Shown piece after piece: positions 7,516-15,217 of a stretch of DNA of 25,260 nt (the first letter of the stretch is position 1; every line of letters begins with the position of its first letter). The notes beneath the pieces were generated by a model, which was not told where the DNA came from, searched no databases, and was given only the letters and a program-made list of their open reading frames with translations. Both the position numbers and the translations under genes were made by a program. Source of the stretch: a virus. Taxonomy: Duplodnaviria; Caudoviricetes. The stretch lies in the IMG/VR virus record IMGVR_UViG_3300042300_000672, positions 1 through 25,260 of that record, one strand, 5' to 3'.

Positions 7516-8046
7516 TTACGAAATGCGCATTGGCATTATCACGGCCTTCACTTCGTCCTTGTGCTTCAAAGGGCCGCTCATTGCCCGCACCAATACAGGG
7601 TCTTGCGGCCCGGTGAAGCTTAAGCGCACTTGCCCCTCAGAGCCTAAGGCTTGCGCAAGGTTAAGCAGGATTTCAGCGTCTAAACCAATTTCAAAAACGA
7701 AGGGTTTTTCCGCCGGAATAACTTGGCGCCAATTTGGAAAGGTTGCGTCAACACCCCTCGGAAAACTCTGCCCGGTTGCCAGTGCGAAGCTTCCGTTCGC
7801 CTTTGCGTCAATTTCTGCGCCCTTTCCCCTTGCGGCCTTGCGCGCGGCCTTTAGGCCGTCAATAGGAATATGCCCTTGCGAGTCTTCTTGCCCGATTTCA
7901 ACCGGAATTACAGCAATGGCGCGGCCATTGGTGCCGATCAAGTGGGCGATGCCGTCTTTAATGTCCAGAAACGGGCGATTAATGGCGGGCCGCGTCGCGT
8001 CTTTGGAACAGATCTTTTCGATCAGGCAATCTTTTGATAATTTCAT
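7516..8046 (-). CDS. Truncated DNA polymerase III beta-clamp (DnaN) homolog, 176 aa
   Basis: CSKDATRPAIN, GTNGRAI, FPNWRQVIP, IGLDAEILL and terminal VIMPMR match DnaN domain II and C-terminal motifs; ATG 8046 follows an A/C-rich leader. Confidence 0.8.
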   Translation of the reverse strand: MKLSKDCLIEKICSKDATRPAINRPFLDIKDGIAHLIGTNGRAIAVIPVEIGQEDSQGHIPIDGLKAARKAARGKGAEIDAKANGSFALATGQSFPRGVDATFPNWRQVIPAEKPFVFEIGLDAEILLNLAQALGSEGQVRLSFTGPQDPVLVRAMSGPLKHKDEVKAVIMPMRIS

Positions 8047-8092
8047 AGTATTGTTTTTGTGTTTTCCGTGTCTGGCAAATGCCGGTTTGCGC

Positions 8093-8136
8093 CCAAAAAC
8101 CCCGCCGCTCACGCATGAGCAGGCAGGGCAAAGGGC
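8093..8136 (-). repeat. Conserved intergenic hairpin element, copy 2
   Basis: CCAAAAACCCCGCC...GCAGGGCAAAGGGC; on the minus strand a stem-loop followed by TTTTT. Confidence 0.75.
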
Positions 8137-8149
8137 GAAGCGCGTTGAT

Positions 8150-8599
8150 TTACACGCAAACTGCCAGTCCGTTTTGGTAGTATTGCTCGACCGGGGCGAT
8201 GAACCCAGTTTCGTCCGTCAATTGCGCAATTGACACGAGATAAACCATGCATCCGCGACAGTCTTGTTGATGGTAGGCCAAAACGTGGTTTGGGGTGCCG
8301 GGGTTGCGCTCATTACGCTCTGCCACAATCGCGGACAAACGGCGCAACGCTCCTGCCTCGCGATCTGCAATGGCATATTGGCGCCGCGCACCACCGCCGT
8401 GCCAGACGTTAAACGGTTTACCCGTCGTATCGTCGCGTTCAATTGACCAGTTTGATCCATCGCCGCATTCGCGTTCCGCCCAACGGTGCAACGTCATCTC
8501 AACTCGGCGGAGCGTGGCGGATTCGCCGGAAGTGAATCCAAGGCGCGCAAGGCGGTCAAAAAGTGCGTGTTTCCGTTTGTGTGCGTTCGTTTTTTTCAT
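8150..8599 (-). CDS. Phage early hypothetical protein, 149 aa
   Basis: LRRVEMTLHRWAERECG...IERDDTTGKP...DREAGA...YHQQDCRG resembles a widespread phage early family; A/C-rich leader. Confidence 0.75.
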   Translation of the reverse strand: MKKTNAHKRKHALFDRLARLGFTSGESATLRRVEMTLHRWAERECGDGSNWSIERDDTTGKPFNVWHGGGARRQYAIADREAGALRRLSAIVAERNERNPGTPNHVLAYHQQDCRGCMVYLVSIAQLTDETGFIAPVEQYYQNGLAVCV

Positions 8600-8617
8600 G
8601 GTGGGAAAGTTTTTTTG

Positions 8618-8713
8618 TTAAATGGAAATCAAGATTTGCGCCGGGAGTGAGAGAGCGAAAACCTGCGAGACAATCGCCGGAGTGATTTGGGTGAGGGAGT
8701 TGATGTTTTCCAT
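8618..8713 (-). CDS. 31-aa first ORF of the early arm, probably leaderless
   Basis: MENINSLTQITPAIVSQVFALSLPAQILISI; ATG lies 6 nt after a -10-like hexamer. Confidence 0.4.
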   Translation of the reverse strand: MENINSLTQITPAIVSQVFALSLPAQILISI

Positions 8714-8719
8714 GCTTCA

Positions 8720-8748
8720 AATATGCACGCACGCATTCCGGAACTCAA
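8720..8748 (-). promoter_or_regulatory. Sigma70-like early promoter
   Basis: TTGAGT-17 bp-CATATT-6 nt-ATG. Confidence 0.5.
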
Positions 8749-8866
8749 GAACAATTTGCACGAATCACGCAAACGCTTGCTCGCGCAACTGATTAAAGTT
8801 TCGCGCAATCGTCAAGCGTGCGCCCAACTCGCGGCACTATAGCCACGCATCTTCTGTTCTAAGCAT

Positions 8867-8881
8867 AGAGAGAGAGAGAGA
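8867..8881. repeat. (AG)7 microsatellite
   Basis: agagagagagagaga. Confidence 0.8.
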
Positions 8882-9179
8882 TCCGCACACACTCACGTTG
8901 TCCGCTCCGGTGTTGGTGTGGTCCGGCCAATAGTTCGGGCAAGTCGGGGGCAATGGTCTTCTGGCAACCCATCCTCCCTCATGCCCGCCGGCCCACTAAA
9001 AGGCCACGACCGGCCCACGAGGCAACGCCCAGGCGAATGAGCCAATTTGACACAGAGTGTGACAGAAAGGCTCGCCGCCAGAACGGTTTAGGGGCGATTT
9101 GACGCGCAACACGAGGCAATGCCAAGGGTGGCAATCGCCGGCCTCGTAATGCCAAGCAATGCCCGTTTGCCGGGGAATA

Positions 9180-9232
9180 GTGTTCGCTTGAACACGCCTA
9201 GTGTTCGTTTGGACACGTGTTCGTTTGGACAC
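9180..9232. promoter_or_regulatory. Three GTGTTC-N4-G(A/G)ACAC palindromes (Verrucomicrobia LexA-box-like)
   Basis: 9180-9195 is a perfect palindrome; 9201-9216 and 9217-9232 are identical tandem copies with one mismatch. Confidence 0.6.
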
Positions 9233-9243
9233 TTATTTGATCG

Positions 9244-9441
9244 ACTTACGTAACTGACCCCTTTTCCGGTCTCATAGGCAAAAAGGCTTACCGTCTCACC
9301 GTAGCCAATTACGTAAGTGATATTGACACCCGTTCTCTCTACACGTTAGCTACCAGACAGCTAATGGTGGACCGCCATTACCTATCCGATAGCTAATGGA
9401 CAGTGCAACTGATTCTCAGTGACACTGATTCTCAGTCTCAA
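9244..9441. repeat. Cluster of paired operator-like palindromes
   Basis: TTACGTAA x2 (9246, 9309); TTA(G/C)CT-N7-AGCTAA x2 (9346, 9378); ACTGATTCTCAGT x2 (9408, 9424); GTCTCA x3 (9269, 9293, 9435). Confidence 0.75.
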
Positions 9442-9454
9442 TAGGTCCCAGCTA

Positions 9455-9555
9455 GGGGGGGAGGGGATTGCGACTCGGGCAGCTCTAGGAATTAAGATTG
9501 GTTAGCTCAACCTGTAAAAAAATATCCTATAGGTCCCTTCCCTATAAAAAAATAT
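9455..9555. other. Candidate packaging/terminus region
   Basis: G7-A-G4 run followed by TAAAAAAATAT x2 (9515, 9545; 30 bp period), upstream of the terminase operon. Confidence 0.35.
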
Positions 9556-9590
9556 GGGTCAAAAGGAGCCGGTAGCCGCTTTCCTTATGC

Positions 9591-9620
9591 TTGACATATG
9601 TGGGGAATGATGGTGATGAT
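9591..9620 (+). promoter_or_regulatory. Sigma70-like promoter for the right arm
   Basis: TTGACA-18 bp-GATGAT-6 nt-ATG (9627). Confidence 0.45.
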
Positions 9621-9626
9621 GGCCGT

Positions 9627-9944
9627 ATGGCAACAAAACGTCTTAAAACGAACGGAACGGCTTACAATGAGGCTGTGGTGAAGCAGCTTGAAAGCCTTGT
9701 GGTGGTGTTGGAGCAGAACATTGATGACCAAGCGTTGGAGATTGAGGAGCTTTCCGTGGAGCTTGAGGCGTTGAGCCAGAAGATGGCGATGCTTGAGCTG
9801 AATGCGCGGCCTTACACGCACCCTTACACGCTTTGGGAAGCGACGGGGAATAGCTATCAGCAGTCGTCGTTTCAGCCCTATTCTGCGCCGGCTGCGGCGT
9901 TGCCTTCGTGGTATAAGCGGATGCTAAAGAAGGTTGGGCTGTAA
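9627..9944 (+). CDS. Coiled-coil hypothetical protein, 105 aa
   Basis: ATG 9627 preferred over TTG 9591, which is the -35 box; heptad-rich; TAATG overlap with the next gene. Confidence 0.7.
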   Translation: MATKRLKTNGTAYNEAVVKQLESLVVVLEQNIDDQALEIEELSVELEALSQKMAMLELNARPYTHPYTLWEATGNSYQQSSFQPYSAPAAALPSWYKRMLKKVGL

Positions 9945-10462
9945 TGGCTGATTTCGTTAGGCCGGGATTGGCGTCGTCTGTGGCTATGGTGGATGTTTCC
10001 TCTATGGCTACGGAGCGCACCCACCCTAGGGAGAGCGTTATGGCCCTAGAGATGCTGGCAGAGGGGAAGGGATATGAGGAGGTGTCTAAGGCTACGGGGT
10101 TGTCCTTTGGGCAATTAGCAGCTTTGAAGGCGCGGCATAAGCAGGGGTTGGATGTGCGGCGGATTGCTTTATCTGAGGATGGGTTTGAGATGGCCGAGAG
10201 CTTGAGATTGCTGGCTAAGAAGAAGATACACAACCTGTCTATGGATGATGAAGCTCTGGCTAAGACGCCCCTAAAGGACTTGGTGATCCCTTGGGCCATT
10301 GCTCAGGATAAGGGGTTTGCGGCACTAGGGGAGGCTACAAAGGTGGTGGTGGAGCATAGGAAGGGGCCGTCGATTGAGGATGCTATGGCGGCGATTGCCG
10401 AGGCTAAGGCCAAGCTCAAGGAACAGGCGATAGAGGTGGATGTAACGCCGGCCAAAGAATGA
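9944..10462 (+). CDS. Probable terminase small subunit
   Basis: N-terminal HTH (EMLAEGKGYEEVSKATGLSFGQL), helical core, and ATGA coupling directly upstream of the large terminase. Confidence 0.65.
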   Translation: MADFVRPGLASSVAMVDVSSMATERTHPRESVMALEMLAEGKGYEEVSKATGLSFGQLAALKARHKQGLDVRRIALSEDGFEMAESLRLLAKKKIHNLSMDDEALAKTPLKDLVIPWAIAQDKGFAALGEATKVVVEHRKGPSIEDAMAAIAEAKAKLKEQAIEVDVTPAKE

Positions 10463-12078
10463 GCATGGAATGGCGTAAGCACCCTGTCCTCAAGGCGCCC
10501 ACCGCCGAGGAGATGGCCCAAATGGAGCCAAAGCAGCTTGTTGAGCTACACGGGCTGTTCCATGCGGCAATGGCCAACAGCGAACGCGATCCCTACCGCT
10601 ATGGCTTCATCCTAGACAATTGGCGCAAAACTGAGGCGTTATTGGACAAGCATGATAGCGTTGTGGCCTTAGGTGGCAATCGAGCCTCTAAGACGCAGCT
10701 AGGGGCGTGGCTGACGGTGAAGTGCGCAATGGAGAACCCAGACGGACTCATCATCTGTTTTGCCCAGAATGCCGAGCTATCGGTGTTGGTTCAGCAATCG
10801 GCCATCTTCCACCAGCTACCTTTAGAGTTTAAGCAAAAGACCTTGGGCCAGAGCGAATACATCTCTTACACAAAACAGAATGGATTTGCCGGGAATAGCG
10901 TCATTCTGTCCAACGGTAGCCGCATCCTATTTAAGACCTATTCTCAATACCAGCAGAATCAAACCATCCTTGAGGGATTGGAGCTTGGTAGCTTCAGTCC
11001 AAAGCTAGTGAACCTCGGGGCGTGGTGCGATGAATACCTTGGGGGACCGGAGCTAATTGACACCCTTGCATTCCGGCTTGCCACCCGCAACGCCAAGATG
11101 CTCCTCACCTTCACCCCGATTGATGGGTATTCTGAAACCATCCGCGCCTTCCTTGACGGGGCTAAGACGATAGAAACAAAGAACGCCGAGTTGTTGAACA
11201 ACAGGACTTTGCCATACATCCAGGAGTGTAAGGATAAGGATGCCGCCATCATCTATCTACACACGATAGACAATCCCTTCTCTGGCTATGATCGTGTGGC
11301 GAAGGAAGCCCTGTCTAAGGGGGATGAGGCGTGGATTCTATGCCGGCTTTACGGCGTCCCCACCAAGAGCATTTCCAGCAAATTCCCGTCATTCTCCCGC
11401 GAGGTGAACATTGTTAAGCACGAAGCCATTCCAACAGAGAATGTTACTCGATACATGGTGCTAGACCCCGCTGGGCGGAAGAAGTGGTTTATGTGCTGGA
11501 TAGCCATAGACTCTACCGATACATGGTGGATCTACAGGGAGTGGCCTGACGCATCTCACGGGGATTGGGCTGAATGGCGTGGCGGAAAGTGGGCTCCCGG
11601 TGAGGGTGCAAAGCGGGATGGGAACATTGAGGGAATAGCCCAATACGTTGATTTGATAATGCAGATGGAGCGCGAGAATCGGGAGGAGATTATGGAACGG
11701 CTGATAGATCCGCGCCTAGGTGCCGCCAAGTATCAAGCTGCTACAGGGGTGAGCTGCATCATTGAGGATTTGGCCGATGCTGGCCTTCCATTTGTCCCGG
11801 CTCCCGGTTTGGACATCGAGGACGGATTGCAGGCGCTGCACAACAAGATGGCCTACAACCGCAAGCTGCCGTTAGACGGGAGCAATAGGCCGCGCTTCTA
11901 CATCTCCGACCGCTGCGAGAACATCATCCGCTCCATCCAAGAATACACAGGGGATGGCGGCAAAGATGAGGCGTGGAAGGACCCGCTGGACTGCGTGCGC
12001 TATGCTGCTATCGCTGACATTCGATACGTGGACCCCAAGTGGCTTGGTGCCATGAAACAATCAGGAGGAAGCTATTAA
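10459..12078 (+). CDS. terL: Terminase large subunit
   Basis: Walker A variant LGGNRASKT, Walker B AWCDE, coupling motif LLTFTP, RNase H-like VLDPAG...LIDP...DPLDCVRY. Confidence 0.92.
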   Translation: MSMEWRKHPVLKAPTAEEMAQMEPKQLVELHGLFHAAMANSERDPYRYGFILDNWRKTEALLDKHDSVVALGGNRASKTQLGAWLTVKCAMENPDGLIICFAQNAELSVLVQQSAIFHQLPLEFKQKTLGQSEYISYTKQNGFAGNSVILSNGSRILFKTYSQYQQNQTILEGLELGSFSPKLVNLGAWCDEYLGGPELIDTLAFRLATRNAKMLLTFTPIDGYSETIRAFLDGAKTIETKNAELLNNRTLPYIQECKDKDAAIIYLHTIDNPFSGYDRVAKEALSKGDEAWILCRLYGVPTKSISSKFPSFSREVNIVKHEAIPTENVTRYMVLDPAGRKKWFMCWIAIDSTDTWWIYREWPDASHGDWAEWRGGKWAPGEGAKRDGNIEGIAQYVDLIMQMERENREEIMERLIDPRLGAAKYQAATGVSCIIEDLADAGLPFVPAPGLDIEDGLQALHNKMAYNRKLPLDGSNRPRFYISDRCENIIRSIQEYTGDGGKDEAWKDPLDCVRYAAIADIRYVDPKWLGAMKQSGGSY

Positions 12079-12079
12079 C

Positions 12080-12322
12080 ATGAATAAGAAAGACATGAAA
12101 TGTAATGTTCCGCGCCGAGACGTTAAGGGCGGGAAGAAGTCTGTTGTCAAAGCCTGCGCCAATGGCGTAGAGAAGATCGTCCGCTTCGGTGATGCCAATA
12201 TGAGCATCAAGAAGGGGAGCCCTGCCCGAAAGAAAAGCTATTGCGCCCGATCTGCTGGCATCAAGGGCGGCGAGGGCAAGCTGTCTGCAAACTACTGGTC
12301 AAGAAGGGCCTGGGAATGTTAA
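12080..12322 (+). CDS. Small basic protein (KIVRFGD...RKKSYCAR...ANYWSRRAW; DUF5754-like)
   Basis: Motif pattern recalled from a family shared by aquatic phages and large DNA viruses. Confidence 0.7.
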   Translation: MNKKDMKCNVPRRDVKGGKKSVVKACANGVEKIVRFGDANMSIKKGSPARKKSYCARSAGIKGGEGKLSANYWSRRAWEC

Positions 12323-12351
12323 CGGAGGTGCTGGAGTAACGCTTTATCTGT

Positions 12352-12570
12352 ATGACCGAAAAGGAACTAAAGGTAAAAGAGTGTGAGCTAAACGTATTGG
12401 AGCAGAAGGCGAAGGTTCGTAATGCACAGAGGGATGTGGAAGCGAAATACGCCGAGGCAAAGTTTGAGCTTGAGAAGGAACGCATCGCGCTTGAGCGAGA
12501 AGAGGCGCGACTTGAACGCGCATTAACGGAGCTGTCCAATCCCTTTGAATCTGATAACCATGAAAACTAA
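12352..12570 (+). CDS. Coiled-coil hypothetical protein, 72 aa
   Basis: E/K/R-rich helix in operon orientation. Confidence 0.65.
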   Translation: MTEKELKVKECELNVLEQKAKVRNAQRDVEAKYAEAKFELEKERIALEREEARLERALTELSNPFESDNHEN

Positions 12571-12937
12571 ATGCACGGCCTTAGCCGAGGAAATGAAGAT
12601 AGATGTTGAGCAACTACTTGCCCAAGCGGCTAAGGTGATAAAGCCGGGAATGTCCACCGGGAAGGGCAAGAACACTTGGTTCACTGAGGCCGGAACAGAC
12701 CTCATTCGCCAAAGCGAGGAATCCCCGCTCACCGTGGCCCACCGCTACGAAGCCTACGGGGTTAAGACAGCGCCCAATCCCCGCTGGTTGTATTGCACCA
12801 TCGACACCTTCAAGGGCAAGATTCCCGTTGCCATCCCGCGCAAAATGCAGGATAGGCTTGTTGGTAAATACTTTACGGTAGAAGCAATTAAAGACATCAA
12901 AGGAACGACTTTTAGGCATGAATCACTCTCCCACTGA
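12560..12937 (+). CDS. Hypothetical protein, 125 aa, possible N-terminal winged helix
   Basis: ATG 12560 in the frame of the listed ORF; TALAEEMKID...GKGKNTWFTEAG. Confidence 0.65.
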   Translation: MKTKCTALAEEMKIDVEQLLAQAAKVIKPGMSTGKGKNTWFTEAGTDLIRQSEESPLTVAHRYEAYGVKTAPNPRWLYCTIDTFKGKIPVAIPRKMQDRLVGKYFTVEAIKDIKGTTFRHESLSH

Positions 12938-13133
12938 TATTACGACTGACCCCAAGTGGATTGCCGAGCAAACCGACCGGCTGGCCGGCTGGGAGCTTCT
13001 TCAACGTCATTGCGGGCGCGGGGGGCAAGAACTGTCTGAGCGCGTGCTGACAGACAAGTTGGCCATGCCCGTATCGTTTTGGCATGGTATGATTCGCCAG
13101 ATAAAGCGCCGCCATCCTAATGCAAAAAAGTGA
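12918..13133 (+). CDS. Hypothetical protein, 71 aa, HTH-like C-terminus
   Basis: Overlaps both neighbours; LSERVLTDKLAMPVSFWHGMI. Confidence 0.6.
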   Translation: MNHSPTDITTDPKWIAEQTDRLAGWELLQRHCGRGGQELSERVLTDKLAMPVSFWHGMIRQIKRRHPNAKK

Positions 13134-15216
13134 CGAAGAGAAAGCCCTGACGTTTTACAACGAAAAGGGTCCAGACGTTGTTGTCCTAAAGACGGCTTAT
13201 GATAACACCGTTACGGAGCTTTCTGAGTATTTTAGCCAGTGTAGCCGTTCCTACGACGAACGCCGCAACTACTGGCCGGGTAAGAGCGAAGACCTGCGCA
13301 AGCACGGGGCTGACTCTTTCCCGTGGGATGGGGCGTCAGACACCGAGGTTCACGTCATAAACGAGCGGATTAACGCCTACGTTGCCCTGTGCCTTACGTC
13401 CCTCAACCGCGCCAACATCCGAGCCTATCCGGTAGAGGTGGGCGATATGGCGCAGGCCAAGGTGACCTCTAGCTTCCTTAAGTGGATGATTGCCTCATAC
13501 ATCCCCCGCTTTAAGCAGGAGATGGAGCTTGCGTCCAACTACCTGCTTGAGCGTGGGCTGATGATCACCTACGTTGGCTGGGACCGCGAGAAAAACAAAT
13601 ACCTCCAGAAGTTCTCGCTTGAGGACATTGCCGCCAGCAACCCCCGCCTTGCCTCCGTTATCCTAGACGGCAGCGACGACGCAGGGGTGATTGCCATGCT
13701 TAAGTCGGTGTTCCCCGATCTCAAGGACAAGCGGGCCAAGAAAGCCATCAACCAGCTTCGCGCCAAGGGCACCTGTGAGCTTACGGTGACGCGCCGCGAC
13801 ATTGACCGGCCTTGCGTTAAAACCTGTGCCCCAGACGGCGATGTGCTGTTTCCGCCGTATTGCATGGACCCGCAGCGTGCTCCCTACGTCTTCTACAAGA
13901 CGCGGATGACGGTGCAAGAGATTCTCAACAAAGTAGAAGTGTCCGATTGGAACCGCGAATGGGCGGACTACTGCGTTGAGCACTTTAGGGGGCAAAGCAC
14001 CGACGTTGTGAGCGGCAACCCGGCAGAACAGGCCACCCGATCCAGCGTTGCGGAATGGCAGAATGACGAGCTAATTGACGTTCTCTACGTCTATCAGCGC
14101 CTCGTTGACCAAGAAGACGGAAGCCAAGGCATCTACCTTACGGTGATGTCTCCGCTCTTTACCGGCAAGGGAGATGTGCCCGGCCATGCTAAGTTTGAGC
14201 TTTTAAACGGCTACGAGGACTACCCCTTCATCGTCACCCGGCTGTCCGAGGACAACAAGCGGCTGTATGACCTCCAGACCGTGCCAGAGCTTCTGCGGGG
14301 CATCCAGTGGGGCGTTAAGGTGGAGCGGGATAGCCGCACCGACCGCAATAGCATGGCTACGATGCCTCCGCTTATGCACCCGATTGGCAAGCCGCCGCCA
14401 GATTGGGGTCCAGGCAAGAAGATTGGCCGGATGCGGCAGGGAGACTACGAATGGGGTCCAACCCCGGCCTATAACCCCGGCAGCGTGGAGATGGAACAAT
14501 CCCTCCTTGCCAGCGCAGACAAGCTCATGGGGCTGGACTTTGAGAACCCGCTTTCTGCCTCCCGGCGTCAGTATTTCGTGGATAAGTTCCTTGCCCACGT
14601 TCAAGGAGTGATTAAGGCCGCTTACAACGCCTATCAGCGGTTTGGCCCAGAACAGCTTTATTTCCGCGTTACGGGCGTGCCAGATGCCCAAACCTACAAC
14701 AAGGGAGATCCAGACTCCGACGTTGACATTGCCATTTCCTTTGACGTTCAAAACACAGACCCAGAGACGGGTGAGAAACAGATTGAGCAGCTTTTGGCTT
14801 TGGTGCCTTACGACCGCAGTGGCCGTATTAACCTGGATAGTGCCATTGAATTTGCCGCTAATGCTATCAATCCAATGCTTGCAGACGCTATTCTTCAGCC
14901 TGTAGAGGCCGCGCAAGACAAGATGGTGAAGGACGTTACGGACGATCTTACCAAGATTTTCTCTGGCATTGAGGTGGGCGCACGGCCCAATGGGGCGACA
15001 TCGGCCCTAGACATCATCAAGCAATACGCCGCGCAGCCCGACATTACGCAGCGGTTGCAGCAGGACGAGTCGTTCCGCACCCGCCTAGAGAAGTATTCTG
15101 CCCAGTATTCCTTCGCCATCCAGCAGCAACAGAACGCTGAGATCGGCAAAATTGGCACCGCTCCCGCAAACATGGGCGACGTTGCCACTCAGACAGCTAA
15201 CACCGTAAACTACTAA
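13120..15216 (+). CDS. Portal protein, 698 aa
   Basis: Size, position between terminase and scaffold/capsid, FPWDGASD motif and Gln-rich helical C-terminus typical of podoviral portals. Confidence 0.85.
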   Translation: MQKSDEEKALTFYNEKGPDVVVLKTAYDNTVTELSEYFSQCSRSYDERRNYWPGKSEDLRKHGADSFPWDGASDTEVHVINERINAYVALCLTSLNRANIRAYPVEVGDMAQAKVTSSFLKWMIASYIPRFKQEMELASNYLLERGLMITYVGWDREKNKYLQKFSLEDIAASNPRLASVILDGSDDAGVIAMLKSVFPDLKDKRAKKAINQLRAKGTCELTVTRRDIDRPCVKTCAPDGDVLFPPYCMDPQRAPYVFYKTRMTVQEILNKVEVSDWNREWADYCVEHFRGQSTDVVSGNPAEQATRSSVAEWQNDELIDVLYVYQRLVDQEDGSQGIYLTVMSPLFTGKGDVPGHAKFELLNGYEDYPFIVTRLSEDNKRLYDLQTVPELLRGIQWGVKVERDSRTDRNSMATMPPLMHPIGKPPPDWGPGKKIGRMRQGDYEWGPTPAYNPGSVEMEQSLLASADKLMGLDFENPLSASRRQYFVDKFLAHVQGVIKAAYNAYQRFGPEQLYFRVTGVPDAQTYNKGDPDSDVDIAISFDVQNTDPETGEKQIEQLLALVPYDRSGRINLDSAIEFAANAINPMLADAILQPVEAAQDKMVKDVTDDLTKIFSGIEVGARPNGATSALDIIKQYAAQPDITQRLQQDESFRTRLEKYSAQYSFAIQQQQNAEIGKIGTAPANMGDVATQTANTVNY

Positions 15217-15217
15217 A

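Noticed and set aside
6985-8233. Long plus-strand ORFs (212 and 357 aa)
   Set aside because: Antisense to the clamp homolog and early genes; no protein-like features.
9180-9232. Possible mini CRISPR array
   Set aside because: Repeats are 16 bp with 0-5 bp gaps, no spacers and no cas genes.
8996-9232. 78-aa minus-strand ORF
   Set aside because: GTG start within the palindromic repeats; the peptide merely translates the repeats.
10669-10695. Terminase Walker A reading ASKT instead of SGKT
   Set aside because: Lys-Thr and all other motifs are intact; Walker A variation is common in terminases.
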